Shown here piece by piece: positions 51,997-64,000 of a stretch of 64,000 nt of DNA. Source of the DNA: Paraspadella gotoi (lineage: Eukaryota > Animalia > Chaetognatha). Where the stretch lies: NCBI GenBank assembly GCA_051294375.1, contig CM119264.1:6073765-6137764 (forward strand), written 5' to 3'. Numbering within the stretch: position 1 is the stretch's first letter; the number at the start of each line of letters is the position of its first letter. The position numbers were made by a program, and so were the translations under genes. A model generated the notes under the pieces. The model was given only the letters and a program-made list of their open reading frames with translations, ran no database searches and was not told where the DNA came from.

Positions 51997-52439
51997 CTGA
52001 GAATGGAACGAGGAAACGGTGATTCCAAGTCGATGCGCTGGATTGACTTTCTTTTTCTCGACATCTTATCACTATTAACTCAAATAACCCTGTATTAATA
52101 TAAGATAAGCGTGACGTCACTATTAACAAAAAGTATGAAACAAAAAGTGTTTTCCGTTACATAATCATTATACCGAAAAACTCAAATAACCATATANNNN
52201 NNNNNNNNNNNNNNNNNNNNNNNNNNNNNNNNNNNNNNNNNNNNNNNNNNNNNNNNNNNNNNNNNNNNNNNNNNNNNNNNNNNNNNNNNNNNNNNNNNNN
52301 NNNNNNNNNNNNNNNNNNNNNNNNNNNNNNNNNNNNNNNNNNNNNNNNNNNNNNNNNNNNNNNNNNNNNNNNNNNNNNNNNNNNNNNNNNNNNNNNNNNN
52401 NNNNNNNNNNNNNNNNNNNNNNNNNNNNNNNNNNNNNNN

Positions 52440-53070
52440 AAAAAAAAAGGTAAAAAATTTCTTTTTAAATCTGATGCCATCAGTGATGGCACTTTAAATC
52501 TTACTCATCCCACCAATATCTAGTTTCTGGACAAACTGGTCGCGAACTCGCAACCCACCGGATTAAGCGACGAATTGACGGAATAACCTACGAAACGGAC
52601 GTCGCCCGGAACTAACGAGAAAAAAATGCAGCGTCAACGTCCGTCGGATGGCGCTGACATCGACCGTCACGCAGCGACGAATTCGCGGGAGGGAATGTCA
52701 ATCCAAAATCCAAATATCTCTCTCTCCCTCTCCCTNNNNNNNNNNNNNNNNNNNNNNNNNNNNNNNNNNNNNNNNNNNNNNNNNNNNNNNNNNNNNNNNN
52801 NNNNNNNNNNNNNNNNNNNNNNNNNNNNNNNNNNNNNNNNNNNNNNNNNNNNNNNNNNNNNNNNNNNNNNNNNNNNNNNNNNNNNNNNNNNNNNNNNNNN
52901 NNNNNNNNNNNNNNNNNNNNNNNNNNNNNNNNNNNNNNNNNNNNNNNNNNNNNNTTCGCCGTGATCCGCGCGAATTTGGATTCACAGTTCACAAAACTTC
53001 GTGAAGAAAAGTGACTGGTTTCTCCCGAGATCCTTTTTACTTGGGACAACGACAACAACGCCATCGACGA
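52440..53070 (+). repeat. Very noisy, gap-flanked copy of ~50540-51570
   Basis: Shared anchors: GCACTTTAA..CTCATCCC, ACGAATTGACGGAA, ATCCAAAATCCAAATATCTC, CACAGTTCACAAAACTT. Confidence 0.75.
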
Positions 53071-54323
53071 NNNNNNNNNNNNNNNNNNNNNNNNNNNNNN
53101 NNNNNNNNNNNNNNNNNNNNNNNNNNNNNNNNNNNNNNNNNNNNNNNNNNNNNNNNNNNNNNNNNNNNNNNNNNNNNNNNNNNNNNNNNNNNNNNNNNNN
53201 NNNNNNNNNNNNNNNNNNNNNNNNNNNNNNNNNNNNNNNNNNNNNNNNNNNNNNNNNNNNNNNNNNNNNNNNNNNNNNNNNNNNNNNNNNNNNNNNNNNN
53301 NNNNNNNNNNNNNNNNNNNNNNNNNNNNNNNNNNNNNNNNNNNNNNNNNNNNNNNNNNNNNNNNNNNNNNNNNNNNNNNNNNNNNNNNNNNNNNNNNNNN
53401 NNNNNNNNNNNNNNNNNNNNNNNNNNNNNNNNNNNNNNNNNNNNNNNNNNNNNNNNNNNNNNNNNNNNNNNNNNNNNNNNNNNNNNNNNNNNNNNNNNNN
53501 NNNNNNNNNNNNNNNNNNNNNNNNNNNNNNNNNNNNNNNNNNNNNNNNNNNNNNNNNNNNNNNNNNNNNNNNNNNNNNNNNNNNNNNNNNNNNNNNNNNN
53601 NNNNNNNNNNNNNNNNNNNNNNNNNNNNNNNNNNNNNNNNNNNNNNNNNNNNNNNNNNNNNNNNNNNNNNNNNNNNNNNNNNNNNNNNNNNNNNNNNNNN
53701 NNNNNNNNNNNNNNNNNNNNNNNNNNNNNNNNNNNNNNNNNNNNNNNNNNNNNNNNNNNNNNNNNNNNNNNNNNNNNNNNNNNNNNNNNNNNNNNNNNNN
53801 NNNNNNNNNNNNNNNNNNNNNNNNNNNNNNNNNNNNNNNNNNNNNNNNNNNNNAGAAGAAAAAATGAGTATAGGGAGGAGAGGAAAGAGAGAGGAAAGGA
53901 AAGAGGGAGGTAAGGAAAGAGGGAGGAAAGGAAAGAGGAAGGAAAGGAAAGAGGGAGGAAAGGAAAGAGGGAGGAAAGGAAAGAGGGGGAAGGAAGAAAA
54001 AAAGGAGGAGTAGAAATGAAACGATTATCGGGAGCAGATGGCTCTCAAGAANNNNNNNNNNNNNNNNNNNNNNNNNNNNNNNNNNNNNNNNNNNNNNNNN
54101 NNNNNNNNNNNNNNNNNNNNNNNNNNNNNNNNNNNNNNNNNNNNNNNNNNNNNNNNNNNNNNNNNNNNNNNNNNNNNNNNNNNNNNNNNNNNNNNNNNNN
54201 NNNNNNNNNNNNNNNNNNNNNNNNNNNNNNNNNTTATTTATAATAAAACAGTTAGTTACACTTACAGGAGTTAAAACGTAGAGATTAAAAAGAAGTTTCT
54301 TTCTTTTAAAAATAGAAGAAAGA

Positions 54324-54358
<35 letters not shown>

Positions 54359-54439
54359 ATCGTTGACGCCATCTACGACGCCCTTTATTTTCGCTTCATC
54401 GACGCCTCCAAAAGAAAATAGAAAATAAAAAAACAAGAA

Positions 54440-54765
54440 CGGTGATTCCAATGTGTTGCCGCAGTGACTTTATTTTCAAGTATATTTCCCTTGATCACAT
54501 GATATGACATAACTAAAAAACTTTCTGAGCCCTTGTATTTATGACATGCACTGCAACAAAATTCTGTCTTTTATTCCTTATAGTTTTTGGATTTCCTGAA
54601 GGCGGCGCTAGCAGTCCCTTAGATTTTAGGTTTTTTTCTGTCTTAACAAATGAGCAACCAACTATAAACGAATTATATGCATTTTTAACGTAAGTGGGAC
54701 AGACCGACAAACAGACCGACCGACCGACCGACCGAAAAGTGACTTAGAGATTTGCGGCGCAACTA
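54440..54765 (-). mobile_element. Dispersed repeat family copy 3 (in anoctamin intron 2)
   Basis: Reverse complement of copies 1 and 2, including the (CCGA)n tract. Confidence 0.7.
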
Positions 54766-55111
54766 AAAAGAGAGGAAAACGCGGGAGAGATTAGTGAAGA
54801 ATCCAATTAAGAATTTTTCTCTGTGTCCTTTTGTTTTCTTCAAACGTCGAAGAAGGAAAACGAAAAACAGAAACGAGTTTGAAAAAGAAAAAAGACAAAT
54901 GAGGGAAAATGCGGCTAATGAAGGAAAAAAGGGAATGGCAAAGTTAAATTGAGAAAATGTTTTTAAATATATATTAATATAATAATCGAGTAAATTGGCG
55001 GAAAAAAAAAGAAAGGTAGGAGCGAAGTGCGTCTATGGCAAAAGCCGAACATGAGAAGCAACGAATATTTTTTACAAAGACTTTAAAAAGAACTTAGTCA
55101 TGTACGACGTG

Positions 55112-55149
<38 letters not shown>

Positions 55150-55195
55150 TTCCCTCTTCCTCCCTTCCTCCCTCTCCACCCCCCTTCTCCCCAAC

Positions 55196-55367
55196 CTTGA
55201 ATCCTCCAACTTCGTCCTCTCGATCTCCAACCCTTCGTCGACGATGTGCTTCTCGAAGTTCCTCCTCAATTTCTCCCTCTCCCTCCTTTCCTCCCTCTCC
55301 TTCACGTCTTCTTCCTCCACCGCTTCCTCCTCGAAGGCGATCACGTAGTCGATCCGGCGAACGCCGT
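55196..55367 (-). CDS. ANO: Anoctamin exon 2 (DGVRRIDYVIAFEEE...RRNFEKHIVDEGLEIERTKLEDS)
   Basis: Pyrimidine-rich cag acceptor, AG|GTTGG donor; IDYV and RxxFExxLxxEGLEIE motifs of the anoctamin dimerisation domain. Confidence 0.9.
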
Positions 55368-55892
55368 CTGGAGGGAGAAAGAGAGGGAGGGAGGGAGGGA
55401 AGGAATAGGAAGAGAGGGAGGAAGGGAGGGAGGGAGAGNNNNNNNNNNNNNNNNNNNNNNNNNNNNNNNNNNNNNNNNNNNNNNNNNNNNNNNNNNNNNN
55501 NNNNNNNNNNNNNNNNNNNNNNNNNNNNNNNNNNNNNNNNNNNNNNNNNNNNNNNNNNNNNNNNNNNNNNNNNNNNNNNNNNNNNNNNNNNNNNNNNNNN
55601 NNNNNNNNNNNNNNNNNNNNNNNNNNNNNNNNNNNNNNNNNNNNNNNNNNNNNNNNNNNNNNNNNNNNNGTGGGAAGAAGCGGGGAGGAAGAAGAGGAGA
55701 AGAAGAAGATAAGGGGGCAGAAGGAAGAAGTGAAAAAGGAAAGGAGGAAGAGGGGGAGAAGTGGAGGAAAGAAAAGATGGAGGAAAAGAAATTATACTGC
55801 TTGAGCCACAGAAGACAAGGAAATTACTGTGAGGCCAAAAGAAAAATGATAGGATTTGTTGTAGTTTTTGTAGATGCAAAATTTAAAGTGCT

Positions 55893-56110
55893 ATGATGAG
55901 ACTCTTGCGGGGTTCAAAGGATGAGACTCTTGCGGGGTTCAAAGGATGAGACTTTCGTGAGGTGCAATGATGAGATTCTCGAGGGTATAAAAATGAGAGC
56001 CTCGCTGATGCAAGGATGAGAGTCTCGGTTGGTGCAGAGGAGAGAGTTTCTCTGGGTCCAGAGGCCAGAGTCTTCCGGGGTGCAGAGGTGAAAGTCTCGC
56101 GGGATGCGGA
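55893..56110 (+). repeat. ~24-25-bp minisatellite (GATGAGACTCTTGCGGGGTTCAAAG) with progressive decay
   Basis: Two identical units followed by about 7 increasingly diverged units. Confidence 0.8.
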
Positions 56111-57603
56111 GAGAGTGCTCAGGGGCTCTTCATAAATCTAAAGGAAAAAGACTCGTTATGGGATCCGATGAGAGGAGAAGCTTTTTTTGAAGGAAGAAAA
56201 AAAAAATAAGGATGAGGAATAATCGAAATGGAAATGAAACTCGATTGGATTCGTATCAGAATTTGATTGGATGCGGGGAGAGAGGTGGAGGGAAGGGGGT
56301 ATGGAGGGGGAAGAGAAGAGAGAGAGAGAGACGTTCGAAAAAATTATGTGAGGGAGAAAGATGAATGGCCCATTACGAACTGTCCTCGAAGATGGAGGAG
56401 AAAGAGAGACCTCAGAAAGAGAATATAGTTTTCATTCTGCATTCATCATTCTGCTCTCTCTCTTCCGTGCTCTCTCTCTCTCTCTTCTCATCTCTCTCTC
56501 TCTCTCTCTCTCATCTCTCTCAGCAACAGTCACACACACACAAACACATTCTAGGACCTCAGCGGTCAAAACAAAAAAAAAAAAAAAAAAAAATAAAACG
56601 GAAACAAAATATCACGACATAAACTAGCGGCGTTTAATGTAAACGTAAACAATTGAGAAAAAAAAAAAGACCGAGTCGGTGAAGCTATTCTTTGTGATGA
56701 TGACCGAGACTGAAAGAATTCATGGAATTAAAAGTTGACGCTGACAGTTTAAGCTATGGTGCTGACCATCGGAACCATTTTAAGTAGTTTCACTTCTGAG
56801 AGCAGAAGATCAGACTCCCTTATTTCCAACCGTAGTTTAGCCAAGTACTTTTCAAGTGAACTTCAGGGACAAGGCTGACCAGTACGTTTGCTCATTGCCC
56901 ACTTTTACCCGCGCCACAAAGTCATAAACGTCATCGGGCGAAGGCGGACAAAAGAGCGACGACTCGGATCGCCCAACTTCCAAGTGTCCATAAACAACGA
57001 CGACGCCAGTTGGTCTCCGTTTATTGCAGCAGGAAATTGGGTCAAGCGTTGCTCCTAGCGGCGACGGAAGATAATTTATTTTTAGTCCGGTAGGGGAACT
57101 CTGACGCCCGATGAGACGTTGAGAACGTTAAACGAAGAACTGATAAGATAGTCGGGTCTAATTTGCGCCACTAAAGACAATTGTTCGTTGAGTCATTTTG
57201 GCCGAAAGTTCACGACGCGAGAAATGGATGAGCCGAGTCGGTGAGCCGTGCAGACATACATAGTTCGACCAAAAACAAAAAACAAACAAATANNNNNNNN
57301 NNTAAATAAGAAAAAAATCTCCTGACTGTTCCACAGCTCATTCACTCCATTACGTACTGCCTAATTATATTTTTTTAACCGTATTATTTTGTCAATGAAG
57401 CTTTTTTGGTATTTCGTTTTGACAACAAAGAAAACGTTTTCATCTAAAACTTTTGCTAGTATATATGGTTATTTGTATATGTATAAATTATCTCTCTTTG
57501 TTTTTATCATTTTTTCTCCAAATCTTTTGTTATAGTTTTAAAAATACTACTAAATACAGATTGTTGTAAGGACATCGCATGCGCAGGTTATATAATATTT
57601 AAA

Positions 57604-57734
57604 TAGAGAGTCTTTGTGGGAAGTACAAGTGCATTTACTTTTTGCCAATATTTCAATTCACATAGCGGAATAATTTTTCAATTGAAATATTAGCAAAAAA
57701 TAAATGCTCTTTTACTTCCCACAAAGACTCTCTA
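57604..57734. mobile_element. Fold-back MITE-like element with ~56-bp imperfect inverted arms bounded by TA
   Basis: TAGAGAGTCTTTGTGGGAAGTA...AATATTTCAATT / AATTGAAATATT...TACTTCCCACAAAGACTCTCTA. Confidence 0.7.
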
Positions 57735-58139
57735 AGTCTCTATTTAACTAATAAATACAATTTTAAATTTAGTAAAGACTGAAGAGAAAAAATATTGATC
57801 AGACCAGCGGACCTAAAAGGTTCCGTCATGTGGCAGCATCAGTGACCAAAAAAAGAAAGAGTGGATCTCGGTGGAACCTTCGTCACGCGAACCAATTTTA
57901 GAGGCGGAGATTTTTCTTTTCATCGTCAAACGTGTGGACATTTGGAGAATGAAAAGGATGAAAAATGGAGGAGAAAAAATTAGGAAAAAAAATGGAATGG
58001 AACCATAAGCGAGTGAGATTGAATGGAAACAAAGGAAGTGAAGAAAAAATTTGGAATGGGAAAGAGAAAAGAGAAAAAAGAGAAGAAGGTCGTAAGGTGA
58101 GAGAGAGGGAGAGGAGAGAGAAGTGAGAGAGAGATAGAG

Positions 58140-58214
<75 letters not shown>

Positions 58215-58614
58215 CGATGATGATGCGGATGGAATTTCAGACCCGGGATAAGTTAATTATCGGACGTTGGAAGAAAAGGAAAGGAAAGGAGGAAAGGAGG
58301 AAAGGAAAGGAGGACAATAGAGAGAAGACGAGGAAGCGAGGAAGCAGAGAAGAGGGGAGAGAGAAGAGACGGAGGAAAAGACAAAAGGCAAAAGAGAGAA
58401 AAGTTCCGAGATAATTCATCTTTCAATAATTTTTCGTTTTATTTTTAGCTTTTTGGATTTGGTATCAATAATTTCTCTGCTGGACTATGGAGATTGATTT
58501 ATAAATCGATGGGGAATAAAAAGTTGATGAAAGCCTATTTCGGAGGATAAAAGAATGTTGAGAAAGAAAAAGAGGAAAACAAACATATTGATTAAAGCAC
58601 TAACGGGAAAATTT

Positions 58615-58656
<42 letters not shown>

Positions 58657-59238
58657 CGAGCAAAGAGCGAGCGAGACAGGGCAGAGAGAGCGAAATACAT
58701 TTTAACGACCCGAGCGGAACTACTTGTAACCGACCTTGAGAAAAATATTTAAATTATTTTTCTAAGAGGGAATCAAGCTTTCATACAAAGCTTATGAGAA
58801 AAGTTTGCTTGTTAAAATATTAAATTATTTTGTGTAACTTATCAATAATTAACTTACAAGCTTTAACGTTTATCAATTTAATAAATAATTTCATACAGAG
58901 TACAAATCAGGAAAGCAAAGGTTCAAGGTTAACTCTACTACTTATAGAAAATGACCGAAAATAATGTTCGACCATTTTCAAAAAAATTAAAAAAGAATAA
59001 AAGTCTCATAAAAAGTAATGAATGAAATTAAAGGAAGCGGAGGGTTGGGAGAAAGGCCACGACCCGCTCACACATTCACATACGCACTCATACACATTCA
59101 CGAACTCACACTCACACATAAAAACGAACAAAAAACTAAAAAGATAACGGATTTTTTTTTCTTAACGCCGAAACATAGCAACCGTCTGTTTATCCAGCTC
59201 TAAAATAAAGCGTCTATTTCAGTCCCTCCTTTCCTCAC

Positions 59239-59359
59239 CATTAAAATAAAGCGACCATCTTCCACAGACGCATTTTTCCATCGGATTTCTTTTCGACTTC
59301 TTTTTCGCAGCATCCGCCGCCGCCGCCGCTGCAGCCGCCGCAGTCTCCGCCTCCCCCAT
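59239..59359 (-). CDS. ANO: Anoctamin/TMEM16 family gene, putative exon 1 (MGEAETAAAAAAAADAAKKKSKRNPMEKCVCGRWSLYFN)
   Basis: ATG at 59359 with an in-frame TAA upstream; donor G|GTGAGG in phase 1; joins the next exon to give SLYFN-DGVRRIDYVIAF, matching the anoctamin N-terminal LYFxDGxRxIDYVLV motif. Confidence 0.8.
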
Positions 59360-62300
59360 TTCCGGCCTTTTATCGAAGTTCCCCTCGGCCTCGCCTTCAA
59401 TGCTCTTTTATTTTCGTATCGATTCTTTACGTAAAAGTGATCAAAACAAAGAAAACAACGGGATGGAATATATTAATTTTTCGCTTTTGTGAGATTAATT
59501 TATTTTTTTACAGCTAGTTTTATAATGTTTATTAATGCAGCGACAAATAATCAACTTAATCATTTGTTTTAAAAACTTTACTCTGATAGAATACCAAATA
59601 AAAATTATTCACAGATTAAAGGGAGCCAGTTTTCGTTTCGACGACGACGTTGTTGTTGTTGTTGTCCTCTCCGCCGCCGCTGCTGCTGTCGCTGTCACCA
59701 CGGCTCTGCTGCCTTCGTCTAAAACATCGCTTTTTTTATGTTTTTTCGAAAGAAAATAAACTTTATCCTAGTAAGTACGGATTTTTAATATTTTTAATTA
59801 ATGTCGAAATGACTAAAAGTAGTTTTTACGCTCGGCATCAAGAGAGGACGAATATCGACTGGGGATTTCATTCTTTTGGAATCTGTGCAGTTGTTGGGCG
59901 AGATAAATAATATAACAAAAATATTTTTTATATAGAAATGAAAGGGAAATTTTACTTTTTTAAAATTATAAACCGGATTACGGTATGTTAGCATTATAAA
60001 TGGTACTTCCAATTATGAGATTGGAAAAGCCTCGTGTCCCTAGAGCTTGTCTTTTTTTTTTTTAGTATTGACCATATCTCTTTATATTAACCACCATGGT
60101 AAAGTGAATTGGTCCAGTTTTCATCCGCAATTTTTTATTTAAAAGATATATAATAAAATATTTGCCTATCTGATTTTAAAAGCATGCTTACAAAATTCTA
60201 CAAAATATTATTCACCCCATCACAGCCTAAGTATTTATCTTTCTTTTCCACCAGCAAAAAGTAAACATTATTTTATGTTAGAGAAATGGGATGTTACTGA
60301 AAGGAGCCGGAAGATATTCAACTTCTTCACTTTAATATATTTTTCAATAATAAAATAGGAGAATTTTTTAATTATGAAATTGGTACAACCAATATATATT
60401 TAACACTCACTGGCTTCACAAGACATTACACTTTCATAATATCTCAATGTTAATGTAATTCATGAAAATTTGCAAATTACTTGTTTCACTATTTTCTATT
60501 TTATATTTTATGAAGGATTTGTATTTAATCTTATTTTTAATCAAATATATATTGCTTTCTTTCTTAAAAATGTTTATTTATCTAATAATTCAATTTGGAA
60601 GGGAAGTCAGTGTTGTCTTCTGGAAATAGGGAGACATCTATACAACACAAGGTTAGATTACTATCTGTCCTAGTTTTCTAATAGATATCACACATCATTT
60701 CTGTTAGAAAGTCATTAATGAAAAATCATAATATCTAAGAGGCTGAACAGAAAGGGGTGGAATGGATAATTTTTTAGGGGTTCCAAAGTTATATATGATT
60801 TTTTTACCAATAGGGATAAGACTACCATGTAGAATTGTATGTTCTGATAGGGATACATACCGGGGAGGTCTATAGGGGCACTTTATGTCACGAATATAAT
60901 TTTAAAATTATATTTTTTCTTTATTTTACTTTTTAATTATTTCTTTTTTGAATATTTTTTATATTTTATTTTTATACAATGGGAAGGTCATCAGTTGGGA
61001 ACTATACCCTTCATGGATTTCGGTCTTTAATCTAAGATGAGCATCGTTCGAATCGAAGCTCCGATCAAGATTCCTTTAGATTTTACTTCTATTCAAAACT
61101 GCATAGTCAAGGCCAAAACAAATTATGTCAATATGGGCAGATTTTTGAAAGCTTGGCGTCTTGGAAGCCAATGGAGGTAGAGCGCGATCGAAATCCCATT
61201 TTATCATGCCCAAAAATGGTATCTAAATGACTGGTCAGGGCGTTTTTTCCCTATTCCCAAGAAAAACCTCCTGGTCTTGAGTAAAAAGACCAAATCATAC
61301 ATATCAGTAGTTTCCGAAACTATTGTCTTCTCTACATGATGAAAAAAAGCAAAATTAAAATTCTTGCAATCTTATTGCTTGATAAAGCAATCAAATGAAC
61401 TGGTTTTTTAGGTGAAAACTGCATAGTCAAGCCTCATTTTTTTCAATTTTGATCACAATTGACAGAAACTGTATGATTTTACTATTCAAATCAGGTAGAG
61501 CGCGAGCTTAAATTCAAAGCGTTTTCTCAATATAATGCAAATTTAAAAAAGTCCAATAAAACTATTAAAACAAAATCGTCGCACAGTGTTACTTGTGAGT
61601 CCCAAATGCTAGAAAATAATTTTAAATATATATTATATATATATATAAATATTAATATATAAAATATATATATAAATATAATTATAGTGTTGAAAATAAA
61701 TTTTTTTTATTCAATTGAGAAGTAATATTATATTTAAAAGTATATATATAATAAAAATATATTTTATAATAAATTAGCTTATTTTCCTAAATGGCAATTT
61801 TTTTATTATGGTATGATTAAAAAAATATAAGATTAAAATAAAATTTTAAATTAAAAATATAATAATCATATTAAATATAATAAATTTTAAAAAAATTTAT
61901 TTTTTTATTTTAATAATAATAATAATATAAAATAATAATAATAATAAATAAAATATAAAATTTTATTTTTTAATTTATTTTTTAATTATATTATTATTTT
62001 TTATTATTTATATATTTTTTATTTTATTATTTTATTATTATTATATAATCTGATAATAATATATATTTTATTATAAAATAATTTTAATTTTATTTATTAA
62101 AATTATAAAAAATGTGTTTAAATTATTTTAATATTCAAATAAATTTTAAAAAAAAATATTTTTATGATTATATATAATAAAAAATTATTTTTTAACTGAA
62201 CGGGGATTTTTCTGAAAATTCAGCCCAGGATCTCACTGTGCGCCGGTTCTAAAGCTTAGTACTAGCATAGTACTAATCTTGTTGGATCAAAACGAGCTCG

Positions 62301-63067
62301 ATTTTAAAGGAAAGTTGATCCGGTTTGAAGAGCGATTTTTGCGATTGCTTTTTGGCGATTACTTTTGGAACGGATTGTCGGATTGATGAATTATGCATGT
62401 AGATAATGTTTGCAATTGTCTATCGAATGCTACCAAATTTTGATATAAAACAATGAGTTGTTTAAACGAATGCTCATCCCCATTTAATCCCAATATCCAG
62501 GATAGGCGACCCATCACCAAATGGTGACCTTCATTGTTGCTTACCTTATATTTTAAATGTATATCTGAATGTTTATCTGAAACAGACCAAGCCCTGGCTT
62601 CACAGCATCTTAATTTTTAGAGAATTTTATAAGGTTTTGTAATTTGTAATTTGCTAAATAAAATAAGTTACCTAAATTAGTTTTATTTTTTACCCAGAAA
62701 TAATAAAATAATAGAAAGTTATGGATTCCTTTCGTTTGTTTAGGGAAAAAAATTAACTCGCGGAATTATAAGTTTGTAAGAGGAAGTCAGAATCGGCGAA
62801 AATCTTATAACTTATATTAAATATAAGGCAAACATGCTGAAAAAAAGAGTGGTATTTTGATAGGTTTCTCAACTATGCAAGGTCCGATTAAAGTGAAACT
62901 TGAGAATTACAGTATTCACATCATTCCTCATCTAACGATATAAAAATACATGAAAAAAGCCGCTGACTTCTTTCGGAATAATTTTCTTCTAGCCTTATGA
63001 AATTTTCTGACTCGGGTTGTAGTCGGGTAATGCATAAGTTAACCCCGCCTATAATCATGAGACTTTC

Positions 63068-63270
63068 AGTCGTGACCCGTTGGCTCATGACCACTAGGTA
63101 CAGGGTTCAATCCCAACTCCGTACCTACCCTGCGGGAAGGGTGAGGACGGCCGTATATTGCCTTGGGGGAATGGAAAACCCTGAAGCCTTGTTCCGAGCC
63201 CAGGACCCGTTCCACGGCTGCTAGAAGTAGCGGATAGCATTCTTCAGCCGACCTTAGCGTCTTATCCTCA
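63068..63270 (+). mobile_element. Possible tRNA-derived SINE
   Basis: A-box-like TGACCCGTTGG and B-box GGTTCAATCCC about 30 nt apart, followed by a GC-rich body in AT-rich surroundings. Confidence 0.45.
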
Positions 63271-63875
63271 GAGTAATAAGTTCTATGAGTAAAGCTATCG
63301 CTTATTAATAAACAATTAAATCCGATTTGAACTAATCAAGAACACTACTATTTACAATTTTAAACTGCTATTTTGTTGATCAAACTGAGGAATGGTTTTT
63401 ACTTCTCACCAAGAGAAAAAAAAGCATCGAACAAACGAGGAAAGATACATAGAATAACAGGCATACTCACTACTCAGTGAATAAATTTACGTGAATTCGT
63501 AAAATTGAGGATAAAGAGTTAAAGACGTTTAGATTTCTATTGAGTAGTTAATAATAAAGCGGCTTGTTTTAAAAGTAATTTTGAGTAGGATTATTTGTTT
63601 GGTTTTAGAGAGCAATGTTTTCGTAGATATTCCACTTCTGACACATATATATATCAACAAGTTTACTAGAAAAATTTTCGATTGGTGCATGATGTAAAGA
63701 GAGGTCGTAAGCGTGCAATACTTGGCATCGTTATGTAAATACTGATCATTGTTAGTTCGTTGCCAACCATTTAGAAAAGCTCAGTACTGTCAAAAAGAAA
63801 ATAATAATGGACCATTAGCATTGAGACAAAATTTTACACGAATTATTTTTTCAAATTGTAGAGAGAGAGGAGAGG

Positions 63876-63910
<35 letters not shown>

Positions 63911-64000
63911 AGAGAGTAGTGAGGGTAATTTATATTGGTCTAATGCTATACAAATCGAAAATATTATATCCCAAACTTAATAAGCGGATCTCTCTCTGTG

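Noticed and set aside
55893-55950. Minisatellite unit as a hammerhead core
   Set aside because: No CUGA start, no GAAA and no stem III or cleavage triplet.
59620-59730. Possible additional upstream anoctamin exon (Ala/Thr-rich frame on the minus strand)
   Set aside because: Trinucleotide-repeat composition, no clear donor, and an in-frame stop just upstream of the exon-1 ATG.
63068-63125. Functional tRNA gene
   Set aside because: B-box is present but no complete cloverleaf or acceptor stem; kept only as a possible SINE head.

Overview
Eukaryotic (most likely invertebrate animal) genomic DNA from a gappy draft assembly, rich in (GA)n/(CT)n microsatellites; most ORF-track entries are low-complexity noise. 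The main feature is one multi-exon anoctamin (TMEM16) gene that I reconstructed by hand from family motifs and GT-AG phases (about 20 exons, about 1060 aa). Exons 1-15 lie on the minus strand (59359 to 23914). The last five exons (TM9 to C-terminus) lie on the PLUS strand (14166-15711) yet continue the frame and motif exactly, so this is an inversion or misassembly, or less likely trans-splicing. The protein is divergent: degenerate Ca2+-binding acidic residues and a ~170-aa N-terminal insert with an RGG tract. An intronless SLC35G/EamA-like transporter gene is nested in one intron. Also present: a coiled-coil-repeat protein with BEL/Pao-type Gag zinc knuckles, a hAT MITE with 8-bp TSD, three minimal (Penelope-type) hammerhead ribozyme motifs, a dispersed repeat family, hairpin elements and minisatellites. 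Several indel-rich duplications and a fold-back look like long-read or gap-fill artefacts, which lowers confidence in large-scale order and orientation. All assignments come from reading the sequence; no searches were run.
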